Shown: piece after piece, positions 1-7,413 of the stretch
Position numbering within the stretch: position 1 is the stretch's first letter
Layout of the letters: every line of letters begins with the position of its first letter
Sequence record: ON470597
Length of the DNA: 21,562 nt
DNA from: Escherichia phage vB_EcoS-569R3
Reading direction: 5' to 3' (one strand)
Translations under genes and position numbers: made by a program
The notes under the pieces: generated by a model
What the model was told of the DNA's origin: nothing
The model's database searches: none
What the model saw: the letters and a program-made list of their open reading frames with translations, nothing else

Positions 1-534
1 ATGAACGCAAAAATCAGATACGGCCTGTCGGCTGCCGTTCTGGCGCTGATTGCCGCTGGTGCGCCTGCGCCTGACATTCTCGACCAGTTTCTGGATGAAA
101 AGGAAGGTAACCACACCACGGCATACCGTGATGGCGCGGGTATCTGGACCATCTGCCGCGGTGCCATCCTGGTGGATGGCAAACCTGTCGTTCCGGGCAT
201 GAAGTTGTCGAAGGAAAAATGCGACCGGGTTAACGCCATTGAGCGTGATAAGGCGCTGGCATGGGTGGAGAAAAACATCAAAGTGCCATTGACCGAACCC
301 CAGAAAGCGGGGATCGCGTCATTCTGTCCGTACAACATTGGTCCCGGTAAGTGTTTCCCGTCGACGTTTTACAGACGAATTAATGCAGGTGATCGCAGGG
401 GAGCATGCGAAGCGATTCGCTGGTGGATTAAGGACGGTGGCAGAGACTGCCGTATTCGCTCAAATAACTGTTACGGTCAGGTATTCCGTCGTGACCAGGA
501 GAGCGCGCTGGCGTGCTGGGGAATCGACAGATAA
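1..534 (+). CDS. Phage endolysin (lysozyme R) with N-terminal SAR (signal-arrest-release)-like segment
   Basis: 177-aa ORF starting at the ATG at position 1, so the upstream RBS and holin are outside the window. The N-terminus YGLSAAVLALIAAGAPAP is weakly hydrophobic and Gly/Ala-rich, typical of SAR domains, followed by the T4-lysozyme-like catalytic region EKEGNHTTAYRDGAGIWTICRG (Glu...Asp...Thr spacing). Family assignment by motif recognition. Confidence 0.88.
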   Translation: MNAKIRYGLSAAVLALIAAGAPAPDILDQFLDEKEGNHTTAYRDGAGIWTICRGAILVDGKPVVPGMKLSKEKCDRVNAIERDKALAWVEKNIKVPLTEPQKAGIASFCPYNIGPGKCFPSTFYRRINAGDRRGACEAIRWWIKDGGRDCRIRSNNCYGQVFRRDQESALACWGIDR

Positions 535-624
535 GCAGAATATTTTGCTGAAAAATGAGGTTGGCCAACGCGGGCGGATAACACGAAGTCCTGTGAACTG
601 GCAAAACCTAAGTGAATAAAAGTA

Positions 625-663
625 AAAACCCCGTTTGTTGGCAGCAAGCGGGGTTTTGTTTTT
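625..663. terminator. Intrinsic terminator-like hairpin after the endolysin gene, possibly bidirectional
   Basis: AAAACCCCGUUUG / CAAGCGGGGUUUU inverted repeat (about 9 bp plus a GC-rich core CCCCG/CGGGG) followed by GTTTTT; the opposite strand also has a T-rich tail. Read directly from the sequence. Confidence 0.6.
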
Positions 664-728
664 ATGGCAGTAAGCTATGGGAGGCTGCCTTGATTGATTT
701 TAGCAAACTGATTAGGGAGTTGCGACTC

Positions 729-824
729 ATGATTAGTCAATTACCAAACTGGAAATTTTTGCTGGTCTGGAGCATCCCTTTTTTATGGGTAGTATCCCAG
801 TTAATTGTGGCAATTAAGGGGTAG
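729..824 (+). CDS. Small hydrophobic peptide (31 aa, single predicted TM helix), hypothetical
   Basis: ATG at 729 preceded by AGGGAG about 11 nt upstream; translation MISQLPNWKFLLVWSIPFLWVVSQLIVAIKG. Lies in the AT-rich insert between R and Rz. Too short for confident calling. Confidence 0.3.
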   Translation: MISQLPNWKFLLVWSIPFLWVVSQLIVAIKG

Positions 825-826
825 CT

Positions 827-958
827 ATGTCAGACAAACTCATAACGCCGGCAAAGGTCCTGTGTGTGATTGTCGGTATTTCATTTTCACTAATGCTGGT
901 TGCTCTTTTTCTGTCCCTCGCCTGGGTGATGTTGTCTTCGTCGGGGCTGCTGGGGTGA
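827..958 (+). CDS. Small hydrophobic membrane peptide (43 aa), hypothetical
   Basis: ATG at 827 with AAGGGG 6 nt upstream; translation MSDKLITPAKVLCVIVGISFSLMLVALFLSLAWVMLSSSGLLG, a polar N-terminus followed by one long hydrophobic helix. Starts 2 nt after the previous small ORF. Confidence 0.4.
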   Translation: MSDKLITPAKVLCVIVGISFSLMLVALFLSLAWVMLSSSGLLG

Positions 959-1077
959 CAGTGACTGATGACATCAGCAGAGCGCTGGCTTTTGCTATTA
1001 AGTGGGTGGCTGTTGGTATTGCTGTGTCTCCGATGCTGTATGGGCTGGCAAAACTGGTCATTGCGCTGAAATCGTGA
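955..1077 (+). CDS. Small hydrophobic peptide (40 aa, GTG start overlapping the previous stop as GTGA), hypothetical
   Basis: Translation (V/M)TVTDDISRALAFAIKWVAVGIAVSPMLYGLAKLVIALKS. Start/stop overlap suggests translational coupling. Shares the motif A-x-AFAI-x-x-VA-x-x-x-V with the next small ORF. Confidence 0.3.
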   Translation: MTVTDDISRALAFAIKWVAVGIAVSPMLYGLAKLVIALKS

Positions 1078-1088
1078 ACTTTAAAAAG

Positions 1089-1175
1089 ATGAGTGCTGAA
1101 CTTATTCGGGCAATGGCATTTGCCATTCGTATTGTGGCCATTGCTGTTCTGGTCTGGGCAATCCGTTGGTGGTGA
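1089..1175 (+). CDS. Small hydrophobic peptide (28 aa), hypothetical; paralogous motif to 955-1077
   Basis: Translation [28 protein letters not shown]; stop is 1 nt before the Rz ATG. No clear SD. Weak, loose resemblance to Ldr-type toxin peptides, not established. Confidence 0.25.
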   Translation: MSAELIRAMAFAIRIVAIAVLVWAIRWW

Positions 1176-1176
1176 T

Positions 1177-1671
1177 ATGAACCGTGTTCTGTGTGTGGTG
1201 ATTATTGTCATGCTGGTAGCCTGTGGTGTGCTTAGTCTGGGGCTGAATCATTACCGCGATAACGCCATCACCTACAAAGCGCAGCGCGATAAAAAAGTCA
1301 GTGAGCTGAAACTGGCGAATGCCACTATTACTGACATGCAGCAGCGCCAGCGAGATGTCGCTGCGCTTGATGCCAGATACACGAAGGAATTAGCCGATGC
1401 GAGAGCTGAAAATGAAACTCTGCGCGCTGATGTTGCCGCTGGTCGTAAGCGCCTGCGGGTCAACGCCACCTGCCCCGGTACCGTGCGTGAAGCCACCGGC
1501 ACCTCCAGCGTGGATAATGCAACCGGCCCCCGACTGGCAGACACCGCTGAACGGGATTATTTCATCCTCAGAGAACGGTTGATGACAATGCAGAAGCAGC
1601 TGGAAGGGGCGCAGGAATATATCCGCACTCAGTGCACTAAGCTGGCTTTTTATTATCCGGAGGATACATGA
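1177..1671 (+). CDS. Rz: Rz-type inner-membrane spanin (i-spanin)
   Basis: 164 aa with N-terminal TM segment [21 protein letters not shown] followed by a charged, coiled-coil-like periplasmic domain ([58 protein letters not shown]); follows the endolysin and contains an embedded Rz1 ORF. Confidence 0.88.
   Translation: MNRVLCVVIIVMLVACGVLSLGLNHYRDNAITYKAQRDKKVSELKLANATITDMQQRQRDVAALDARYTKELADARAENETLRADVAAGRKRLRVNATCPGTVREATGTSSVDNATGPRLADTAERDYFILRERLMTMQKQLEGAQEYIRTQCTKLAFYYPEDT
1397..1582 (+). CDS. Rz1: Rz1-type outer-membrane lipoprotein spanin (o-spanin), embedded in the +1 frame of Rz
   Basis: 61 aa, [20 protein letters not shown] with lipobox VSAC, then a proline-rich mature region ([38 protein letters not shown]) closely resembling lambda Rz1. 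Start could alternatively be the ATG at 1412. Confidence 0.85.
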   Translation: MRELKMKLCALMLPLVVSACGSTPPAPVPCVKPPAPPAWIMQPAPDWQTPLNGIISSSENG

Positions 1672-1883
1672 AGAAATTACGGGTAACCGTAGAACCTTTT
1701 CAGGGAACAATTCCGTTCCGTATTTTGCAGCGTGGTCGTGTTCTTGTTGAAGGTTCGTTCAGTGGTAAATGTACGCAATTACACTCCCGGACCTTTCAGG
1801 TGAATGCCACGAATGAAGAGCTAACCGTGGAGTGTACGATGAATGCCGCTAAATGCCGCATGGTATTACAGCCAGTGTGTTGA
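1668..1883 (+). CDS. Hypothetical 71-aa protein translationally coupled to Rz
   Basis: ATG overlaps the Rz stop (ATGA) with GGAGGA 5 nt upstream; translation [71 protein letters not shown]. No recognisable family. Confidence 0.5.
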   Translation: MKKLRVTVEPFQGTIPFRILQRGRVLVEGSFSGKCTQLHSRTFQVNATNEELTVECTMNAAKCRMVLQPVC

Positions 1884-2081
1884 GCGACCTTATTATCCAT
1901 GCGCGGTATTGTCGCCGTATTCCTGCATTAACAGAGACCGCAGCCCGACAGGGAGACTCCTCTGCGCGAGTGTGCGGGGATAATCAAAAACGATACACAC
2001 CGGGGTTTACCGCGTTAACGGAGCGCGGCGTTGTCCCCTCATAGTCGCCTGTCCGGTGCGATGGTGGAAGAAACCGAACGT

Positions 2082-2282
2082 TCATTTCTCGTTATTTGTC
2101 ATGCTGGCCGGGCGCAGATGCGTTGCATCTGTTGCCAGCCTTCTCCTGCAGGCTTCAATAACCCACGCTGAAAAGTTACCGGACCCTTTATGCTCAAGGG
2201 CGATGTTGATCTGTTCAATTATGTGATTGGGGAAACGGATATTGCGGGTTGTGGTTCTGCGGGTCCGGTTTTTCGATGACAT
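2082..2282 (-). CDS. Small DNA-binding-like protein, DUF3950 / YlcI-like (prophage moron)
   Basis: Minus-strand ORF starting at the internal ATG (forward CAT at 2280-2282) with AGGAAA upstream; translation MSSKNRTRRTTTRNIRFPNHIIEQINIALEHKGSGNFSAWVIEACRRRL... Resembles, from memory, the DLP12 prophage YlcI family found near packaging genes. The longer ORF-track version (2082-2342) has an unsupported N-terminal extension. Confidence 0.55.
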   Translation of the reverse strand: MSSKNRTRRTTTRNIRFPNHIIEQINIALEHKGSGNFSAWVIEACRRRLATDATHLRPASMTNNEK

Positions 2283-2323
2283 ATTTATTTCCTTTACTGA
2301 TTGCCATATGACGGGGATTTTAC

Positions 2324-2689
2324 ATGGCTGAGCTTCGTACACTCCAGAGCAGAATCAAAACACTGAATACCCGACGGGTGAATATTCTGAAGGGGGAGCA
2401 GCGTCGTGTCAGTGGCAGTGCACGTGTTTCCCTCAAGCGTCATATCTGGCTGAGGGACGCCGGGCAGTGCTGTATCTGTGGTCGTGTGGTTGACCTCTGT
2501 GACAGTGAACTCGATCACCGAATTGCACTTCAGTTCGGTGGTGGTAATGAGGAGACGAATCTTTGGACGCTCTGTGCCGAATGCCATCGACAAAAGTCTG
2601 CTCGTGAAGCGGCGAGTGGTATGCCGGACCCGACGCTGCCGGAGGTGTCCGGAGGTAGTGGCAGAGAGGACGACATCATCGGACTGTAA
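2324..2689 (+). CDS. HNH endonuclease (terminase-associated, HK97 gp74-like position)
   Basis: 121 aa with HNH motif CCICGRVVDLCDSELDHRIALQFGGGNEETNLWTLCAECHRQKS (Cys pairs, DH, N, CH). Sits immediately upstream of cos/terS as in HK97-like cos phages. Confidence 0.85.
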   Translation: MAELRTLQSRIKTLNTRRVNILKGEQRRVSGSARVSLKRHIWLRDAGQCCICGRVVDLCDSELDHRIALQFGGGNEETNLWTLCAECHRQKSAREAASGMPDPTLPEVSGGSGREDDIIGL

Positions 2690-2783
2690 CCCAACCCGGG
2701 GGGGGTATCATCCGGCGTAAAAAACGATCGCTTTGGACACCGCGCCCCCTCTCACGCAGAGAAAAAATTCCCGTTTCAGGGCA

Positions 2784-2905
2784 GTTAACATGTTAACTGG
2801 CTGCCCGGGCATTTTTGCGGTTTTTATCTTTATTATTCAGTTTGTTGTGCGGAAAAAATGTTAACAGGCTTTTTCAGCAAATGTTAACCAGGCAGCAGTT
2901 AACAT
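2784..2905. repeat. Cluster of ATGTTAAC / GTTAACAT motifs (candidate terminase small-subunit binding sites, cosB-like) upstream of terS
   Basis: Perfect 14-bp palindrome GTTAACATGTTAAC at 2784-2797, ATGTTAAC at 2858-2865 and 2881-2888, inverted copy GTTAACAT at 2898-2905, in an AT-rich non-coding spacer between HNH and terS. Functional role inferred by analogy to lambda cosB. Confidence 0.5.
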
Positions 2906-2979
2906 TTGCGGCATGAGACGCCGGGAAAAATGGGCTGAACCATACCCGGCTGAGTGCGTTCTGGACCCGGGAGGAGGCT

Positions 2980-3543
2980 GTGCTGACAACGCAAAAACGA
3001 AAATTTGCGCTGGCGCTCATGTCCGGGAAAAACAAAACAGCGTCAGCCATTGCCGCCGGTTATTCGGCGAAGACCGCCAGGGTTAAAGGCTCGCAGCTGG
3101 CAAAAGATCCTGAGGTGCTTGCGTTTATAGCCCGTAAACAATGCGAGACGGTGGAGGTGGATGAGGTTCCTGTTTACCGGCAGAAAAAATCAGAGCAGGA
3201 GGATAAACCCCGTCGCCGTGAGGCGGCTGCAATACCACAGCCGGACGAAAACAATCTGGAGATGCCACCGTCCGCGGTGATGTCTCCTGGTATTGAATAT
3301 ATGGAGGATGGTCTTCCCGATCCGGTGAAAGCCATGGGGCGGATCCTGGTGGAAAACCTCTGCATTGATCCGAAACTGGCACTGGATGCGGCCTGGCGTC
3401 TGGCGCAGTTCACGCACCATAAAAAAGGGGATACCGGGAAAAAATCGGCAAAAGGTGATGCCGCGAAAAAAGCGGCTAACCGTTTTGCGGTGCCACCGCC
3501 CCCCCGACTGGTGGTGAATAACGATAATGAGGGCAACGGATGA
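2980..3543 (+). CDS. Terminase small subunit
   Basis: 187 aa; N-terminal HTH-like region KRKFALALMSGKNKTASAIAAGYSAKTARVKGSQLAKDPEVLAFI typical of phage terminase small subunits; stop overlaps the terL start (ATGA). Start uncertain: GTG at 2980 is only 2 nt after GAGGAGG; CTG at 2983 or ATG at 3019 are alternatives. Confidence 0.78.
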   Translation: MLTTQKRKFALALMSGKNKTASAIAAGYSAKTARVKGSQLAKDPEVLAFIARKQCETVEVDEVPVYRQKKSEQEDKPRRREAAAIPQPDENNLEMPPSAVMSPGIEYMEDGLPDPVKAMGRILVENLCIDPKLALDAAWRLAQFTHHKKGDTGKKSAKGDAAKKAANRFAVPPPPRLVVNNDNEGNG

Positions 3544-5201
3544 TACCTGTATGGAGCACAGCCTGCCCGGACTGGGCAGAGCGCCTGAAAAAGGGGCTGT
3601 CGATTATTCCGGATCCGATTTATCCGGACGAGGCCGCACATGCCCTGGCGATTTTTAAACAACTGCGGATTGTGGATGCACCTGGTAGCCCTACGTTCGG
3701 GGAGTCCTGTGCACCGTGGGTGTTTGACCTGGTGGCGGCCCTGTTTGGCTCCTACGATGCGCAGACCGGTGTACGCCATATCAAGGAAGTTTTTATCCTT
3801 ATCCCCAAGAAAAACTCGAAGTCCACGCTGGCCGCGGGGATCATGATGACTGCACTGTTACTGAACTGGCGGCAGGCGGCGGGTTACACGATTCTGGCCC
3901 CGACTGTGGAGGTGGCGGCCAACGCCTTCAACCCTGCCCGGGATATGGTACGACGTGACGATGATCTGGATGACCTCTGCCAGGTACAGACCCATATCCG
4001 GACCATCACCCACCGAGTGACGGACACCACCCTGAAGGTGGTGGCAGCCGATCCGAATACGGTGTCCGGTATCAAGTCCGTGGGTACGCTGATTGATGAG
4101 TTGTGGCTGTTTGGCAAGCAGTGCAAGGCGGAGGACATGTTACGTGAAGCCATAGGCGGCCTTGCCTCCCGCCCGGAAGGGTTTGTGGTGTATACGACCA
4201 CCCAGTCGAATGAACCGCCCGCCGGGGTGTTCAGACAGAAACTGCAGTACGCCCGGGATGTGCGCGACGGCAAAATTCATGATCCGCACTTTCTGCCGGT
4301 GATATTTGAACACCCTCCTGAAATGGTGGAAAGCGGGACTAACCTGCTGATGGAAAACCTCGCCATGGTCAATCCGAATCTCGGCTATTCAGTGGATGAG
4401 GCCTTTCTGTACCGGGAGTACCGTAAAGCCCGGGAAGCCGGTGAAGAGACATTCCGGGGGTTCATGTCAAAACACGCCAATGTGGAAATTGGTCTTGCCC
4501 TGCGCTCTGACCGCTGGGCGGGGGCTGATTTCTGGGAAGAGCAGGGCCGTTGTATCAGCCTGGACGATATCCTGCGTCGTGCTGATGTGGTGACGGTGGG
4601 GATTGACGGCGGAGGGCTGGATGATCTGCTGGGGATGTATGTGATTGGGCGTGACCGGGAGACCCGCGAATGGCTGGGCTGGGGCCATGCCTGGGCGCAT
4701 GAAACCGCGGTGGTCCGACGGAAGAGCGAGGCGTCCCGGTTTCAGGATCTTGTTGCCTGTGGAGATATGACCATTGTCCGGCGTGTCGGGGATGACACGG
4801 CGGAAGTGGCGGAATATGTGCGTCGCATTCATGAGGCTGAGTTACTGGACCATATCGGTATTGACCCGTCAGGGGTGGGGCAGATTCTGGATTCACTGGC
4901 GGAAGCCGGGATCCCCGACGGAATTGTGGTGGGGATAAGCCAGGGCTGGAAACTGGGCGGGGCCATTAAAACCACCGAGCGCAAACTGGCTGAAGGGGTG
5001 CTGGTGCATGGTGACCAGCCCCTGATGGCCTGGTGTGTCGGCAATGCCCGGGTGGAGCCTAAAGGTAACGCCATTCTTATCACCAAACAGGCCAGTGGAC
5101 GGGGAAAAATTGACCCGCTGATGGCGCTGTTCAATGCGGTCTCCCTGATGTCCCTTAACCCGGAACCGAAAAAGAAAGAATATGCGGTTTTTTTCATATA
5201 A
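3540..5201 (+). CDS. Terminase large subunit (Terminase_1 / HK97-type)
   Basis: 553 aa; Walker-A-like LIPKKNSKST; C-terminal nuclease region with VTVGIDGGGLDD acidic motif; translationally coupled to terS. Confidence 0.9.
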   Translation: MIPVWSTACPDWAERLKKGLSIIPDPIYPDEAAHALAIFKQLRIVDAPGSPTFGESCAPWVFDLVAALFGSYDAQTGVRHIKEVFILIPKKNSKSTLAAGIMMTALLLNWRQAAGYTILAPTVEVAANAFNPARDMVRRDDDLDDLCQVQTHIRTITHRVTDTTLKVVAADPNTVSGIKSVGTLIDELWLFGKQCKAEDMLREAIGGLASRPEGFVVYTTTQSNEPPAGVFRQKLQYARDVRDGKIHDPHFLPVIFEHPPEMVESGTNLLMENLAMVNPNLGYSVDEAFLYREYRKAREAGEETFRGFMSKHANVEIGLALRSDRWAGADFWEEQGRCISLDDILRRADVVTVGIDGGGLDDLLGMYVIGRDRETREWLGWGHAWAHETAVVRRKSEASRFQDLVACGDMTIVRRVGDDTAEVAEYVRRIHEAELLDHIGIDPSGVGQILDSLAEAGIPDGIVVGISQGWKLGGAIKTTERKLAEGVLVHGDQPLMAWCVGNARVEPKGNAILITKQASGRGKIDPLMALFNAVSLMSLNPEPKKKEYAVFFI

Positions 5202-5264
5202 CCCTGTTCACACTGTAACCATCACGAACCGCTCCGGCGGTTTTTTTATTTTCAGGAGGCTGAT

Positions 5265-7202
5265 GTGACTCTTAAACGGGCCTGTTCCCTGCTGACGGTG
5301 AAATCCTTCAGTGAGGATGAACGGGTGATCACCGGGATTGCGTCAACGCCTTCTCCGGATCGGGATGGTGACATCCTGGAGCCGGAGGGCGCGGAGTTTG
5401 GCAGTGCGATCCCGTTTCTCTGGCAGCATGACCATTCCCGCCCGGTGGGGCAGTGTACGGTGCGCCGGGTCAGCGAAGGGCTGGAAATCACGGCAACACT
5501 GGTGAAGCCCGTACCGGATATGCCGTCGCAACTGGCTGCCCGGCTGGATGAGGTCTGGGCGGCCATTAAGACCGGGCTGGTCAGGGGGCTGTCCGTGGGC
5601 TTCCGTCCCCATGAATACACCTTTCTGGACGGAGGCGGACTGCATTTTCTGCGCTGGGAACTGATGGAGGTGTCTGCCGTCACCGTGCCCGCGAATGCGG
5701 AATGCACCATCCGGACCATTAAATCTTACGACCGCCCGTTTTCTGCCGCGTCCGGCAACCGGAAACCGGTGGTGAAAATCGCATCTTCTGCCGGCGCTGC
5801 GGCACAGTCAACAACCGTTTTTCATAAGGAAAAGACCATAATGAATATTGGCGAACAGATTAAAAGTTTTGAAAACAAGCGTGCAGCGCTGGCAGCCTCC
5901 CTTGAGGAGGTCATGACCAAAGCCGCAGAGGAAGGGCGCACGCTGGATGTGGAGGAGGAAGAGCATTACGACAACACCGCAGCGGAAATCCGTCAGGTGG
6001 ATGCGCACCTGAAGCGCCTGCGTGAACTGGAAGCCGGTAAGGCCGCCACGGCGCAGCCGGTGAAACAGGCCGGTAACGGGAATGTGGCCGCGGTGGCTTC
6101 TGCGCCGGTGATCCGTGTGGAGCAGAAACTGGATAAGGGGATTGGCTTCGCCCGCTTTGCCAAATCGCTGGCTGCGGCTAAAGGCGTCCGATCTGAAGCC
6201 CTGGAAGTGGCCCGTCGTCAGTATCCGGATGACAGTCGTCTGCATCATGTCCTGAAATCGGCAGTGGGCGCGGGGACCACCACGGATCCGCAGTGGGCAG
6301 GCAGCCTGTCTGAATATCAGGAATACGCACAGGACTTTATTGATTACCTGCGTCCGCAGACCATTATCGGGCGATTTGGTCAGGGCGGGATCCCTGCACT
6401 TCGTCAGGTGCCATTCAATATCCGTGTGCACGCCCAGGTGTCCGGCGGTGCTGCCGGCTGGGTGGGTGAGGGTAAGGCAAAACCCCTGACGAAGTTTGAT
6501 TTTGAATCCATCACCTTCAGTCATGCGAAGGTGTCGGCCATTGCGGTACTGACGGAAGAATTGATCCGTTTTTCCAGTCCGGCTGCTGATGCACTGGTCC
6601 GTAATGCGCTGGCGGAAGCGGTGGTGGCGCGTCTGGATACAGACTTTGTGGACCCGAAAAAAGCCGCAGTGGCAGATGTCTCCCCGGCGTCCATCACCCA
6701 TGATGTGAAGGGCACGGCATCAACCGGTAACCCGGATGCGGATGCAGAGGCTGCGTTTGGACAGTTTGTGGCAGCAAACCTGCAGCCCACCGGTGCGGTC
6801 TGGCTGATGTCCAGCACCAATGCCCTGGCACTGTCCATGCGTAAAAATGCGCTGGGTCAGAAGGAATACCCGGACATGACCCTGCTGGGTGGCTCCTTCC
6901 AGGGGCTGCCGGTGATTGTCTCCCAGTACGTGGGTGACCAGCTGGTGCTGGTGAATGCCCCGGATATTTATCTGGCGGATGACGGCGGCGTGGCAGTGGA
7001 TATGTCCCGCGAGGCATCACTGGAAATGCAGTCTGAGCCGACCGGCGACAGTACCACGCCGTCCCCGGTGGAGCTGGTTTCCATGTTCCAGACAGGCAGC
7101 GTGGCCATCCGTGCGGAGCGCTGGATCAACTGGCGTCGTCGCCGTACTGCGGCGGTGGCGGTGATCACCGGAGTGAACTACGGCAGTGCGTCCGGCGGCT
7201 GA
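5265..7202 (+). CDS. Fused prohead protease (HK97 / U35-S78 family) and HK97-fold major capsid protein
   Basis: 645 aa, GTG start with AGGAGG 5 nt upstream. N-terminal ~170 aa carries protease motifs (GIASTPSPDRDGDILEPEGAEF, LWQHD, SVGFRP, VSAVTVPANAECTI). Then a coiled-coil delta-like segment and a C-terminal domain with HK97-capsid-like motifs (GWVGEGKAKP, ITFSHAKVSAIAVLTEELIRFS, DTDFVDP). Confidence 0.8.
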   Translation: MTLKRACSLLTVKSFSEDERVITGIASTPSPDRDGDILEPEGAEFGSAIPFLWQHDHSRPVGQCTVRRVSEGLEITATLVKPVPDMPSQLAARLDEVWAAIKTGLVRGLSVGFRPHEYTFLDGGGLHFLRWELMEVSAVTVPANAECTIRTIKSYDRPFSAASGNRKPVVKIASSAGAAAQSTTVFHKEKTIMNIGEQIKSFENKRAALAASLEEVMTKAAEEGRTLDVEEEEHYDNTAAEIRQVDAHLKRLRELEAGKAATAQPVKQAGNGNVAAVASAPVIRVEQKLDKGIGFARFAKSLAAAKGVRSEALEVARRQYPDDSRLHHVLKSAVGAGTTTDPQWAGSLSEYQEYAQDFIDYLRPQTIIGRFGQGGIPALRQVPFNIRVHAQVSGGAAGWVGEGKAKPLTKFDFESITFSHAKVSAIAVLTEELIRFSSPAADALVRNALAEAVVARLDTDFVDPKKAAVADVSPASITHDVKGTASTGNPDADAEAAFGQFVAANLQPTGAVWLMSSTNALALSMRKNALGQKEYPDMTLLGGSFQGLPVIVSQYVGDQLVLVNAPDIYLADDGGVAVDMSREASLEMQSEPTGDSTTPSPVELVSMFQTGSVAIRAERWINWRRRRTAAVAVITGVNYGSASGG

Positions 7203-7413
7203 GTCTGATAAGGAGGACGGGAGGCGTGCGCCTCCCGTAACAGGTTATGGCAAAGATCCGATATCTGCAGGGCACGCATGATGCCCGGGCCGGGGATATC
7301 CGTGATGTGGCACAGCCGTGTGCGGAGGTGCTGGTTCGCCTGGGAAAGGCGGAGTACATCACGGTGCGACGTCCGGCAGGTCAGAAAAAGAAACGTGATG
7401 CGGAGCATGGCGA

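Noticed and set aside
338-619. 93-aa + strand ORF
   Set aside because: Out-of-frame overlap with the endolysin gene; no homology or RBS support.
612-824. 70-aa ORF as given in the ORF track
   Set aside because: Its 5' part runs through the intrinsic terminator hairpin after R; only the internal-start 31-aa version (729-824) has any RBS support and is retained at low confidence.
1853-2044. 63-aa + strand ORF in the Rz-to-HNH spacer
   Set aside because: Overlaps the better-supported 71-aa coupled ORF in another frame; no RBS or recognisable features.
3174-3779. 201-aa minus-strand ORF across the terS/terL junction
   Set aside because: Antisense to the two terminase genes; Arg/Cys-rich low-complexity translation.
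5808-6701. 297-aa minus-strand ORF
   Set aside because: Lies entirely antisense to the well-supported protease-capsid gene in GC-rich coding sequence; composition is Arg/His/Cys-rich as expected of an antisense artefact; no RBS context.
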